From positions 19,034,001 to 19,098,000 of the forward strand of contig CM059427.1 of assembly GCA_030390025.1 (NCBI GenBank): a stretch of DNA of 64,000 nt, in the 5' to 3' direction. Shown piece after piece: positions 25,885 through 37,814 of the stretch (position 1 is the stretch's first letter; each line of letters begins with the position of its first letter). The translations under genes and the position numbers were made by a program. The notes beneath the pieces were generated by a model. That model was not told the DNA's origin and did no database searches. It saw only the letters and a list, made by a program, of their open reading frames with translations. This DNA is from Squalus acanthias (lineage: Eukaryota).

Positions 25885-26520
25885 TTAATTTGTTCTCTGG
25901 ATGTGGGTGACGCTGGCAAGGCCACATTTATTACCCATCTCTAGTTGCTTTGGGAAGGTGATGTTGGGCCTTTCACTTGAATTTCTGCAGTCGTTGGCAA
26001 TGATGTTCCCACTGGTGTTATATCAGGAATTCCAAGATATCAACCCAGCAAAGATGAATGAAAAGAGAAAAATAAAGACTTACATTTATATAGCGCCTTT
26101 CACGACCTCTGGATGTCCCAAACCGCTTTACAGCTATTTAAGTACTTTTGACGTGCAGTCACTGTTGTAAAGTACGAAACGGTATGCCATAGGCAGGGCA
26201 CTGTCACTTGGAGGTAGTGGTGTGTTTCCACAGCATTGCTGCTCTTGTCCTTCTCATTGGTGGAGGTAGCGGGAATTAAGGTGCTGTCGAAATGTATCCT
26301 TGGCAACCACCTCCTCCTCATCTACATGCTGCCCTTTGGTGACATCATCCAAAGACATGGGGTCAGCTTCCACATGTACACTGCCAGCACCTCTCAACCT
26401 CTTCTCTTGACCCCTTTGTGCCATGCTGTCTGACTGCTTGTCCGATATCCTGTCTTGGATGAGCCACAAATTCCTCCAGTTAAATATTGGGAATATTTAA
26501 TATTGATATTCCACAAATTG
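25885..26520. mobile_element. Mosaic of short LINE fragments (Zenon-like tail minus, L2 tail minus, L2 RT plus)
   Basis: ggatgtgggtgacgctggcaaggcc; acttacatttatatagcgcctttcacg; LLLIYMLPFGDII. Confidence 0.7.
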
Positions 26521-27945
26521 ACTTGTTTGCCTTTAATACACATGCTCAATGTCTGCAACCTATGTTTTTTTTTAAGAACTGGAAATTCACCTTGTTTTAA
26601 AACACAATGCTTAAACATAACTCATTCCCAAATCCTTGCAGTGATGGAAAATTATCAAAAACACAAAGTGTGACATTGGCCCTGTCTTTTATTTAACAGT
26701 TCTTTTACTTTTTATGTTTACAAAATCTCTTTACTTTTCATTTTCTATTACCTGCCAGTCTTTTTTCACACCCACTCTTGGCTCTTCTAATATTATTTTC
26801 TTCTTGTCCATATTTTTCTGCACTGCTTGATTTTTCTTTTGTATTATTAACCCTGGACTTTTATATGCCCCCTTTTTAAATCTCATTTTAATTTTCGCTT
26901 TATCCAATGAACTTCAGTTTTTGCTCCACTTCCTTTACTACTTCTAGCAATATGTCTAGTCTAGCCTAATTATTACACGTTGCGATTTTTAACCTTTTGG
27001 CCTACAAAGGATTTGGATTCATTTATATTAAGATGTTATATTAAGATGTTACTATTAAGTTAAATTCAGTTTACAAGATGTTCAATCTATAGAGAACACA
27101 GGCTTTTGGCAATTCAGATTAGATTCAATAAAGCGGCGGGAGAAATTGTATTTCTCGCATAACACATGAGTTTGGCACAATGGGATTCCTTGAGGCATTC
27201 TAGCAATCTTTACACGCAGTGCTAGAATAGCTTCCTTCATTTGAGCCTCGTGGTAGGTAGCTGCCAGGAGTCCATGCCTAGGAGGACAGTAGTATGTTTG
27301 TTTGGAAGCTTTTATGGCCAATTGCCAAGCACAGAGAAACGGGGAAGTGTTGGAGCTGAAGTCTTTGGCTACCTTTCTGTTGGGACAAAAGCTTAATCTG
27401 GATAAATTTACAGTGGAAGTCCGACAGAGAGAGAATTCTCTTCCTAAGGTTAGACCTACTAAATTCACAAATTTGCAAGTCAATGGAAAGAATTTTACAT
27501 GTTACCAGGGCTGGTGTGGCATGCTTTGTTATTTTCCGTTCGAATTTTTACTTTAGAACACACATTATATTGGTTCATGAATTGCATTTAAAGCTTACCT
27601 TTCTTCAACTGCCTGTTTATCGACGAGTCAATTAAATAGTCAATTCTTTTCATTCAATGGAAAATATTTTGCTGGAAGGAGTTCATGTCAAACTCCTAGC
27701 ACATTATTTAAGTGTGCAGTGCATTTGTGGAGTTCTGCCACCACCTCGTCACACCAGCATGTAATAGCATAATGAGACAGCTTCTAAGTTCCACCAAAGC
27801 ACAAATGCTGATGGGGTTGCTTTGGTACGATCCATAGAATGGCAGAATAATGCACCAGCAGGCTAACTTGGTGATTTATTTGTTGTGGAAATCTATATTT
27901 TTTAACAGTTTAAAAATCAATTGGAATTATTCTACTTTATTTTAG

Positions 27946-28030
27946 GGGAAAAGAAAATAACCATACATGACAAGACTGAAGTAAATCTAGTTTCATTTCG
28001 TCGTACCATTTATCTTGCTATCCAGTCAAG
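27946..28030 (+). CDS. CWC22: CWC22 coding exon 12, start of MA3/MI (GEKKITIHDKTEVNLVSFRRTIYLAIQS)
   Basis: Conserved RRTIYL motif. tttag acceptor, ag|gtaagc donor. 85 nt, phase 1 to 2. Confidence 0.97.
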
Positions 28031-28119
28031 GTAAGCAAATGTTTCAATATTTCACTGTTTATGGAATACTAGCTGTAAAGCACTTTTTTATTGCATCATG
28101 GTGTAGAAAATAAAGTTAT

Positions 28120-28345
28120 TTCTTCACTCAAAGGGTGGTGAATCTTTGGAATTCTCTACCCCAGAGGGCTGTGGATGCTCAGTCGTTGAGTATATCCAAG
28201 ACAGAGATTTAGATTTTTGGATACTAAGGGATATGGGGATAGTGCGGGAAGGTGGAGTTGAGGTAGAAGATAAGCCATGATCTTATTGAATGGTGGAGCA
28301 GGCTCGAAGGGCCGAATGGCCTACTCCTGTTCCTATTTCTTACGT
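28120..28345 (+). mobile_element. CR1 3' tail
   Basis: gtgaatctttggaattctctacc...gggccgaatggcctactcctgttcctatttctta, same family as 51520-51770. Confidence 0.9.
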
Positions 28346-29730
28346 TATTTAAAACAAAATTCTTTACTATCTCAACCATGTCCGTCTCCCTGCAATGTAG
28401 TTGCATACTATTGTATAATTCTTGAGGATTTGGGATATGTACAGTTAAATATCGAAGTATGAAATGAGTAATTTAACGCATTGTTTGAATTAGACTGAGC
28501 TGAAGACTTCAAATTGCAATAACGAAAGAAAGTACAGTATTCATAACGTTCTGATCATGAGTTAGCTTTGTTTTTGACAAAAAGGGCATGGTATGTTGAT
28601 TTTATTTAGTAAATATACCATATAAGGTGCCTGCCAGGGTTTGGCTGATGAGTTTAATCTCCTTTCTACCTAACCCTTTCAGTCACTTTCTTGACTGCGA
28701 TATATAGTCACAGTACTTGGTGTTGCATTTGTTAATGTTTTTATTTCACAAATTCAGGACTGGGGCCGGAACTGAACAGCTTAAATAACTAAAGATAAAA
28801 ATAATCCAACATGATCATGGCTGAAGAGAATACACACATAATAGAATGAAAAAACTGACCAAACAGATTATACATTTGGCATTAAATTTTCTAGCTGCAA
28901 TTTTATATCTGCAAGATGTTCTGTTGTGTTTTAGAAATCATCTAATCAATTATTAACTGATGAGAGTTTTTTTTTTAAAGTGTTACGGCAGTGCATATTT
29001 TTAACATCTGATTGAAACAAATTATCTTATTTCTATGTTAGAATATGCTATGGGAGGGGGGAGAAAGAGGTGGGAGATTTAACATGCATTTTTGTAAGAC
29101 TCATATGCACATCTCTCAGGATTATATATGTGAATGAACTTGGTATAAATATTGGCCCGTATTTTCTGATTGCAGGCCTCCAGCGTGCGATCTGTAAAAA
29201 TCTACGCCCTTACCTGAGGGCTCCCGGGACACGCACACTTCCGCTCCTGGGCCTCTCCAAACTCCAAGTGTGCAGGGCCCACGTATCCCAGAGGCGCAGG
29301 CAGTTCGCAGCATCCCTGGGATCACGTGGGCCATGGGGAGCCAATCAAAGAAGGGAATCTCCCTTCATACACTTGACAGGAAGACCTGTCAAATATATGA
29401 ATGGAGATCACCCCAAAAACATAGTACAACTTTAAATACATTTTTTTAAAAATCACATTTTTAAAATTACTTGAAATTACAATAAATATTAAACAAATTT
29501 AATTTTTTGAAAAAATAATTAGCTTTTACGGGGCTAAAAATAAACTTTTTTAAAAAGTATTTTTAAATGATAACTCAGTGGAAAAAAAATGTTTATTACT
29601 TTTTTTGAACTCTTATCCTGGTAAAAGCAGGCCTTGTAAAGGTTTTCTCCAGGGCAGCCGGAGGATCTGTCAAGAGCATTCTTGAGAAGTCGCACAACAC
29701 CAGGTTATAGTCCAACAGATTTATTTAATT

Positions 29731-29769
29731 TTACAAGCTTTCGAAGCAGTTCGCTCCTTCGTCAGGTAA
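29731..29769 (-). ncRNA. Minimal type I hammerhead ribozyme motif (antisense to CWC22)
   Basis: Exact reverse complement of 30435-30473. Confidence 0.75.
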
Positions 29770-30434
29770 GTTAGCAATGAGAGAATCTCCCAGAATTCAC
29801 AATTTAAACCCAGACAAAATCTATTCACATTATTCCCTACAACAAAGAGCATAGCCAAGACAATGAGATGTGTCCCAGGGGGTCCAACGTGTCAAACCAC
29901 CTGCTGGCTGCATATCCTGTCAATTTGTGTTCTTGTGTTAGACTTTTTTTTTTAAAAAAACACCTGGGAAGACCGGCCATGATGTCAAGTCACGTTCTGT
30001 ATCGTGACATGAACCCGATATCGCGATTGAGGCCATCCTCATGAGTGCGGAACTTGGCTATCAGTTTCTGCTCTATGATTTTGCGCTGTCGTGTATCTCG
30101 AAGGCCGCCTTGGAGAACGCTTACCCGCAGATCCGAGGCTGAATGCCCCTGGCTGCTGAAGTGTTCCCCGACTGGGAGGCAACCCTCCTGCCTGGCGATT
30201 GTTGCGCGGTGTCCGTTCATACGTTGTCTCAGTGTCTGCATGGTCTCGCCGATGTACCATGCTCTGGAGCATCCTTTACTGCAACGTATCAGGTTGACAA
30301 CCTGATGACACATCTCATTGTCCCCCTGGGACACATCTCATTGTCTTGGCTATGCTCTTTGTTGTAGGGAATAATGTGAATAGATTGTGTCTGGGTTTAA
30401 ATTGTGAATTCTGGGAGATTCTCTCATTGCTAAC

Positions 30435-30473
30435 TTACCTGACGAAGGAGCGAACTGCTTCGAAAGCTTGTAA
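30435..30473 (+). ncRNA. Minimal type I hammerhead ribozyme motif
   Basis: UUAC CUGACGA A GGAGC gaacu GCUUC GAAA GC UU GUAA: stem I UUAC/GUAA, stem II GGAGC/GCUUC, palindromic stem III AAGCUU, predicted cut after CUU (30469). Confidence 0.78.
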
Positions 30474-30959
30474 AATTAAATAAATCTGTTGGACTATAAC
30501 CTGGTGTTGTGCGACTTCTCATTTTTGTCCACCCCAGTCCAACGCCGGCATCTCCACATCAAGAGCATTCTTGACAGATGGGAAATGCCGGTTTACAGCG
30601 CATGCGCTGTGCATGCCTGAAACCGGCATTTCTAATGTCCCTACGGGTGGGTACACAGCGCGTAGCCACCCGTAGGGATCGGAATATCTGGGCCATTGTT
30701 TGAGGTAGTTATTTGAATTAGATATATATACCAATTTTATGTTTTTAAGAAGTAAGCCATCTCCATTTTCTATAACTCCTAGCTTCCAATCCACACAGCT
30801 TCTTGTAACCATTCTTGTGGGAAAGATTAAATTTCTCCATGGCTTCCAGTCGCGATGCTGCACGAACTATCTGTGCTCATTTATGTCATGGGCAAATGGA
30901 TGTTTCTGCAGTGTTGCTGGACACACGGTTTCCCCCACGTTTGCATGCTTCACCAATGT

Positions 30960-31137
30960 CCACTTGAACTGGCAGATGGGACTTCAGTTTAATGTCTCAC
31001 CCGAAAGAAGGCACCTCCCTCACTCGGTATTGCAGTGAAGTGGCAGAAGAGATTCTGTGCTCAAGTCTCTGGAGTGGGGCTTGAACCCACAACCTTCTAA
31101 GTGAGAGGCGAGAGTACAATAATTGAGCCAAGGCTAC
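30960..31137 (-). mobile_element. tRNA-derived Deu-domain SINE, 5' part
   Basis: Minus strand shows A-box-like tggctcaatt, B-box ggttcaagccc, then ggtgccttctttcgggtgagacattaaactgaagtccc, which resembles the Deu core. Confidence 0.7.
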
Positions 31138-31179
31138 AACGTATTGCATCACTGTTTATAAACCCTTCAAATGTATTTG

Positions 31180-32345
31180 TTAGAATCTAGGAACAGGAGT
31201 AGGCCATTCAGCCCCTTGAGCCTGTTCTGCCATTCAATGAGATCATAGCTGTTCTATCTTCACTCCATCCACCTGCCTTGGCTCCATATCCTTTTATACC
31301 CTTTATTGAGCAAAAGTCTAACGATCTCAGATGTAAAATTAATTTCACACTTCGACCACCATTTGCATGTAGAAGTGTTTCCTAACTTCTCTCCTGAATG
31401 GCCCGGGATTATGTCCTTTTTACCTAGACTCCCCCACCAGCGGAAAAAGTTTATCTCGATCTACCCTATTAATTGGTTTCAAAATGCTAAAAGCCTCAAT
31501 CAAATCACCCATTAACCTTCTATATTCCAGGGAATACAAGCCTAATTTATGTAATTTCTCCTCATAATCTAACCCTTGGAGCCCTGGTAACATTCTGGTG
31601 AATCTGCGCTGCACTCCTTCCAAGGCTAATATATCCTTTCTACGGTGCAGTGCTCAGAACTGTACACAGTACTCCAGATGTGGTCTAACCAGGGCTTTGA
31701 ATAGCTGCAGCAAAACTTCCTCCCTTTTATATTCGAGCCCTCTAGTTATAAAGGCTAAGTTTCAATTAGCCTTTTTGATTATTTTTTGTACCTGACGACA
31801 ACCACATTTCAGTGATCTGTGTCTATGGACACTAAATCTCTTTGGACCTCCACTGTTCCTGGCTTTTTAGCATTTGAATAATAATTGTCTGTATCATTTT
31901 TTTGGTCTAGAATGGATGACCTCACATTTACCTGCATTGAAATCCATCTGCCACAGTTTCACCCACTCACTTAATCTTTCAATGTCTCTAGTAATTTATG
32001 CTCCCGTCTACACTACTTACTATTCCACCAATCTTTGTATCATTGGCAAACTTGGATATATGGCTCTCTCTTGTGTTATTTAAGTCAGTGATAAATGTGG
32101 TGAATAGTTGAGGCCCCAGCAAAGATCCTTGTGGGACACCACAAGTTACTTCCTTCCAATTCGAGTACATACCCATCATCCCTACTCTGTCTTCGACTGC
32201 CGAACCAATCTCTTAATTAGGTCAATAATTGGCCTTCAATTCCATGAGCTTTAATTTTAGCTAACAGTCTCTTATGTGGAACTTACGGACTTCCAGAATG
32301 CATTCGATATGAACTGCATCCATAGACCTTGCCCTGTCTACTACT
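31180..32345 (-). mobile_element. CR1 RT and 3' UTR, degenerate
   Basis: GVPQGSLLGP, SKFANDTKIGG, EGVQRRFTRMLPG. Confidence 0.9.
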
Positions 32346-33239
32346 TTAGAAACAGCCTTCCTCTTTGTTCAAATTGAATTGCAAATATTTGCCGTAAAAA
32401 TTAATAGGATTAATTGCTCGAGTTACTGAGTAGATTGCTATGCTGTAAAGTTATCTTTGGGTGCAATCTCCTAACATCCAGCTGGTTGCAGAGCATAAAA
32501 TGGATTAAAGAAGGTTTATGTTGGAAGGGCAATTGGGATTCCGTGCAATGAATAGTTTCAAGACTTTTGAGTTTACAGTGCTTAGCGGAAAAGGTCACTT
32601 TTGAAGTTAATAAATATGTACAATTTTTCTTCCAGAAAGCCTAATCTGCATACTTGCAATTGTTGCTTAAAGGGTTATTCTTGGAATCAGGTCCAATGTT
32701 GTACTTTTACCATGTATATTTACGGAAGAAAATGCCTTTTATTTTCCTTGGGTGGGGTTACACTGCAGGCTCAAATGTGACACAGACTTCGATCTTGTTT
32801 AAGAAAGTAGACTTGTGGTGGGTCAGTTCCTCAAGAAAATGCTGTCTTTTTTTTTAAATGTGTTTTTTTAATATTTCCTAGCTCATTTTTACTGCAGCTA
32901 ATTAGCAATCAAACTGTAATGCAATATATTTTGTTTTCCCTTGGGTGGACAATCTTTTAGCTTGGGATTTCATGTCTATGTCTGGAATATGACGAACAGA
33001 ATACCTACTGCTGCATATATGCAAATTATTTTGCAGGGTTACCATTACAACTTGTTTTCCTGGGAATCCTGCTTAATATCTATGATAAATAGTTCATACT
33101 GGAATCTGGAAATACAAGGTTACACAGATTTATTCTTGTTGGCTTCTGAAATTAATCTTGATGCACACAATAGAAACAGGACTGATGGGTTTTTTCACAA
33201 ATTTCATCAAGACTTGGTGGATAAGGATAAAAGTAGAGT

Positions 33240-33620
33240 GTTCTAGGAATAGCTTTACATGCAGCAATGTTTATTTTAACACGCTGCCAAATAACAGACT
33301 TATTCGGAAAATAGAAACACATGGTATTACAGGGACGGTGGTAACTTGGGTATTTAATTGACTAAGAGATAGGAGGCAGAAAGTAGTTGTTTTTCTGGCT
33401 GGAGAGAGGTATGCAGTGGGGCCCCCCAGTGGTCGGTATTAGGAGCATTGCTTTTCTTGTTATATATAAATAACCTGGCCTTGGGTATCGGGAGTACAAT
33501 TTCGAAGTTTGCGGATGACAGAAAACTTGGCAATGTACTCAGTAGTGAGCAAGATAGTAGCAGACTTCAGAGGACGCAGACAGATTAGTGAAATGGGCAG
33601 CCACATGGCAGAGGCAATTG
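33240..33620 (+). mobile_element. CR1 RT remnant
   Basis: RLIRKIETHGITG; tcgaagtttgcggatgacagaaaact (SKFADD). Confidence 0.75.
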
Positions 33621-33621
33621 A

Positions 33622-34590
33622 AGGACATCGCTGCAGGAGTTCCTCAGGGCTGTGTCCAAAGTCCAACCACCTTCAGATGCTTCATCAATGACCTTCCTGC
33701 CATCATAAGGGCAGAAGTGGGGATGTTCACAGATGATTGCACAGTGTTCAGTTCAATTTGCAACTCCTTAGATAATGAAGCAGCCCATGCCCGAATGCAG
33801 CAAGACCTGGACGACATTCAGGCTTGGGCTGATAAGTGGCAAGTAACATTTGCACCTCACAAGTGCCAGGCAATGACTATCTCCAACAAGAGATAGTCTA
33901 ACCACCTCCCCATGACATTCAATGGCATTGCCATCGCCGAATCCCCCACCATCAACATCCTGGGGGTCACCATTGACCAGAAACTTAACTGGACCAGCCA
34001 CATAAATACTGTGGCTACAAGAGCAGGTCAGAGGCTGGGTATTCTGCAGCAGGTGACTCACCTCCTGACTCCCCAAAGCCTTTCCATCTACAAGGCACAA
34101 GTCAGAAGTGTAATGGAATACACTCCACTTGCCTGGATGAGTGCAGCTCCAGCAGCACTCGAAACTCAACACCATCCAGGACAAAGCAGCCCACTTGATT
34201 GGCACCCCACCAAGCACCTTAAACATTCACTCCCTCCACCACCTGTGCACTGTGGCTGCAGTGTGTACCATCTACAAGATGCGCTGCAGCAACTCGCCAA
34301 GGCTTCTTCGACTGCACCTCCCAAGCCCACGACCTCTACCACCTAGAAAGACAAGGGCAGCAGGCGCATGGGACCACCACCACCTCCAAGTTCCCCTCCA
34401 AGTCACACACCATCCTGACTTGGAAATCTGTTGCCGTTCCTTCATTGTCATTGGATCAAAATCCTGGAACGCCCTACCTAACAGCACTGTGGGAGTACCT
34501 TCACCACACGGGCTGCAGCGGTTCAAGAAGGCGGCTCACCACCACCTTCTCACAGGCAATTAGGGATGGGCAATAAATGCTGGCCTTGCT
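33622..34590 (+). mobile_element. 5'-truncated Zenon-like LINE
   Basis: AGVPQGCVQSP, MFTDDCTVF, QAWADKWQVTF. Collinear with 54150-55100. Confidence 0.92.
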
Positions 34591-35034
34591 GGTATTTTTT
34601 TAGTTTTCATTATTAAATGCGATCCTTTCCCCCTTCATTGACTAACCGTTTGTAATAAAGTCTGTCCTGGCTCTTTAAAAAATGTTTATCTATCAGTGCA
34701 TAAAATAAGCCATCCCCTGGGATGCATGCAGAAAGGTGAAAGGTTACAGTTTACAAACCTTAAGATCTGCTCTCCTGTTAAACTCTCTGTGGAACTATTT
34801 GTCATAGATGTGAATTAACTTGACAATTCAATTACAATTAAAGATTTATTCCTCATTAAACTGGTGGTTGAGACTCAAATAATCAAGGGATGTGAGGATC
34901 GGGCGGGAAAGTGGAATTGAATTTGAAGATCAGCCATGATCTTATTGTATGGCAGAGCAGGCTCGAGGGGCCAATTGGCCTACTCCTGCTCCTATTTCTT
35001 ATGTTCTTATGTCAGTAATCTGTTCGTGACGGCC

Positions 35035-35098
35035 GAATGCACTTCCAGTCCGGGAGCAAAGGTCACTGAATGCACTTCCTGCCCGGGAGCAAAGGTCA
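35035..35098. repeat. 33-bp tandem duplication (2 copies, 2 mismatches)
   Basis: gaatgcacttcc(a/t)g(t/c)ccgggagcaaaggtca repeated. Confidence 0.9.
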
Positions 35099-35237
35099 AC
35101 GAGGTGTCGGGTCAGGAAAAAAATAGCAACTTGTGATTTCTTACCAAATCTCATGATTTTTAAGAGTTTGTCTCCTGATTTATGAAGCGGTGGGGTTGGC
35201 AATATGGGATTTAGCCACGAACACTGGAACAGATATC

Positions 35238-35720
35238 ATCAGATAGAATCATACAGCACAGAAGGAGGGCATTCAGCCCATCGTGCCTGTGCCAGCTCTT
35301 GGTCGAGCTATCCAATTAGTCCCACTCCCTTGCTCTTTCGCCATAACCCTTCATATTTTAACTTTTCAAATATTTATCCAGTTCCCTTTTGAAAGATATT
35401 ATTGAATCTACTTCCACAGCCCTTTCAGGCAGTGCATTCCAGATCATAACTCGCTGTATAAAAAAAATTCTCATCTCACCTCTGGTTCTTTTGCCAATCA
35501 CCTTAAATCTGTCCTCCGGTTGCTGACCCTCTGGCCAATGGAAACAGTTTCTCCTTTACTGTATCAAAACCCTTCAAAACTTTTGAACACCTCTATTAAA
35601 TCTCCTCTGAACCTTCTCTGCTCTAAAGAAAACAACCCCATCTTCTTTAATCTCTCCAGATTACTGAAGTTCCCTGGTACCATTCTAGTAAATCTCCTCT
35701 GCACCCTCTCCAAGGCCTCA
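35238..35720 (-). mobile_element. CR1 3' fragment
   Basis: atagaatcatacagcacagaaggagg...; antisense of the RRFTR / LGLFSLE region. Confidence 0.85.
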
Positions 35721-35739
35721 AGATATTAGAACCTGACCT

Positions 35740-37600
35740 GGGAACTTATCTCTTCCTATCTCAACTCTTTTTTCCCCCCTTGTCCAGTCTCTTCCCACCT
35801 ACATCCGCGACTCTTCCGACGCCCTCTGCCATTTTAACAGTTTCCAGTTTCCCGGCCCCAACCGTCTCCTCTTCACTATGGACGTACAATCCCTCTACAC
35901 CTCCATTCCCCACCAGGATGGCCTGAGGGCGCTCCGCTTCTTCCTTGAACAGAGGCCCAACCAGACCCCATCCACCGCCACCCTCCTCCGCCTGGCTGAA
36001 CTTGTTCTCACATTGAACAATTTCTCCTTTGACTCTACCCATTTCCTCCAAATTAAAGGTGTTGCTATGGGTACCCACATGGGTCCTAGCTATGCCTGCC
36101 TTTTCATGGGATATGTGGAACACTCTTTGTTCCAGTCCTACTCGGGTCCCCTCCCTCACCTCTTTTTCCGGTACATTGATGACTGTATCGGTGCCGTCTC
36201 CTGCTCTCGCCCTGAACTAGAACGTTTCATTCACTATGCTTCCAATTTCCACCCTTCCCTCACCTTCACATGGTCCATCTCCGACTCTTCCCTTCCCTTC
36301 CTCGACTTCTCCATCTCCATCTCTGGGGATAGGTTATTGACTAACATTCACTACAAGCCCACCGACTCCCACAGCTACCTGGACTACACTTCCTCCCACC
36401 CCGCCTCCTGTAAGGACTCTATTCCATTCTCCCAGTTTCTCCAGCTCCGCCGCATCTGCTCTGATGATGCCACCTTCCATACCAGTGCTTCCGACATGTC
36501 TTCCTTTTTCCTCAACCGAGGATTCCCCTCTACCGTGGTCGACACGGCCCTCGACCGTGTCCGTTCTATCTCCCGCACTTCTGCCCTCACCCCTGCCCCT
36601 CCCTCCCGGAACCACGATAGGGTTCCCCTTGTCCTCACCTTTCACCCCACCAGCCTCCACATTCAACGGATCATCCTCCGCCACCTCCAGCGTGATCCCA
36701 CCACCAAACACATCTTCCCCTCACCTCCCCTTTCAGCATTCCGCAGGGACCGCTCCCTCCGCGACACCCTAGTCCACTCCTCTACCACCCCCAGCACCCC
36801 TTCCCCTTCGCCCGGCACCTTCCCGTGCACGCGCAGGAGATGCAACACATGCCCTTACACCTCCCCTCTTCCCACTGTCCAGGGCCCCAAACACCCCTTC
36901 CAGGTGAAACAGCGATTTACTTGTACTTCCTGCAATTTAGTATACTGTATTCGCTGCTCACGATGTGGTCTCCTCTACATTGGCGAGACCAAACGCAGAT
37001 TGGGTGACCGCTTTGCGGAACACCTCCGTTCAGTCCGTAAGGGGGACCCCGAGCTCCCGGTGGCCTGTCACTTTAATTCACCGCTTCACTCCCACTCTGA
37101 CCTCACCGTCCTCGGCCTATTACACTGTTCCACGGAAGCGCAGTGTAAGCTCGAGGAACAGCACCTCATCTTTCGTTTAGGCACGCTACAGCCCTCTGGA
37201 CTCTATCGAGTTCAACAATTTTAGATCATAACCTCAGCTCCAATCACATTTATATTTTATTTTTTCCACCCTTTTATTTGCCCCCCCCCCCCCCACCTTT
37301 TTTTTCCTCCTAGAAGCTGGCAGCTGTCCTTCATTCTGCCAGTGGATTTCACACTTCATTCAGCCTTAATCTGTCACATTAACACCACCTCTAGCCTTGC
37401 ATATCTCTTAATGTCTCTTCATCTCCCACTTTGTTCCTTTATCCCCTCCCCCTTTTCCCAGCTTTACCCTGGCCTTAAATCTATTTGATTTCCGGCTCTT
37501 CCCAGTTCTGACGAAAGGTCATCGACCTGAAACGTTAACTCTTTCTCTCTCCACGGATGTTGTCTGGCCCGCTGAGTTTTTCCAGCGTTTTCTGTTGTTA
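35740..37600 (+). mobile_element. Penelope-like retroelement (family A), 5'-truncated, with 448-aa RT, Cys-rich linker and GIY-YIG ORF (35878..37224) and tail
   Basis: DVQSLYTSIP, KGVAMGTHMGPSYA, RYIDD, FLD, YKPT, CTRRRCNTC, VYCIRCSRCGLLYIGETKR. The Cys-rich linker suggests the Neptune group. Frameshift at the extreme C-terminus relative to the 62826 copy. Confidence 0.96.
37504..37540 (+). ncRNA. Minimal type I hammerhead ribozyme motif
   Basis: AGUU CUGACGA A AGGUC auc GACCU GAAA CG UU AACU: stem I AGUU/AACU, stem II AGGUC/GACCU, palindrome AACGUU, predicted cut after GUU (37536). Confidence 0.75.
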
Positions 37601-37814
37601 TCTGGGATTTCTTGATGTGAAGAGGGGAGTTAAGAGAAAAAGATAAAGTGAAGATATCAAGTCATTAACTCTTCAGACTCCAAAAAGTATTTGCGCAAAG
37701 AACAAAAATAATGTAAGATCTGAATTTTCTGATGTTGTTAACTGGCCATCAACAAAAAAGTCGCGCTCAGGAATTTGTCGCCCACCCAGTACAAATAAAA
37801 ATTAGAGGGAGCAT

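Larger units (their letters stand above)
29686..30558. mobile_element. Penelope-like element (family B): minus-strand GIY-YIG C-terminus and tail, then an inverted tail copy
   Basis: ORF 29990..30334 reads VNLIRCSKGCSRAWYIGETMQTLRQRMNGHR...GLN. About 200-bp inverted repeat (29683-29882 vs 30322-30521). Flanking direct repeat tcaagagcattcttga at 29670-29685 and 30559-30574. Confidence 0.92.
29154..30694. mobile_element. Complete MITE with about 17-bp TIRs and apparent 3-bp ATT TSD, interrupted by a Penelope-like insertion
   Basis: Left ggcccgtattttctgat; right atcggaatatctgggcc (reverse complement ggcccagatattccgat). att at 29151-29153 and 30695-30697. Confidence 0.8.

Noticed and set aside
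31060-31137. tRNA gene on the minus strand
   Set aside because: A/B-box-like motifs run directly into a SINE body and no cloverleaf is evident.
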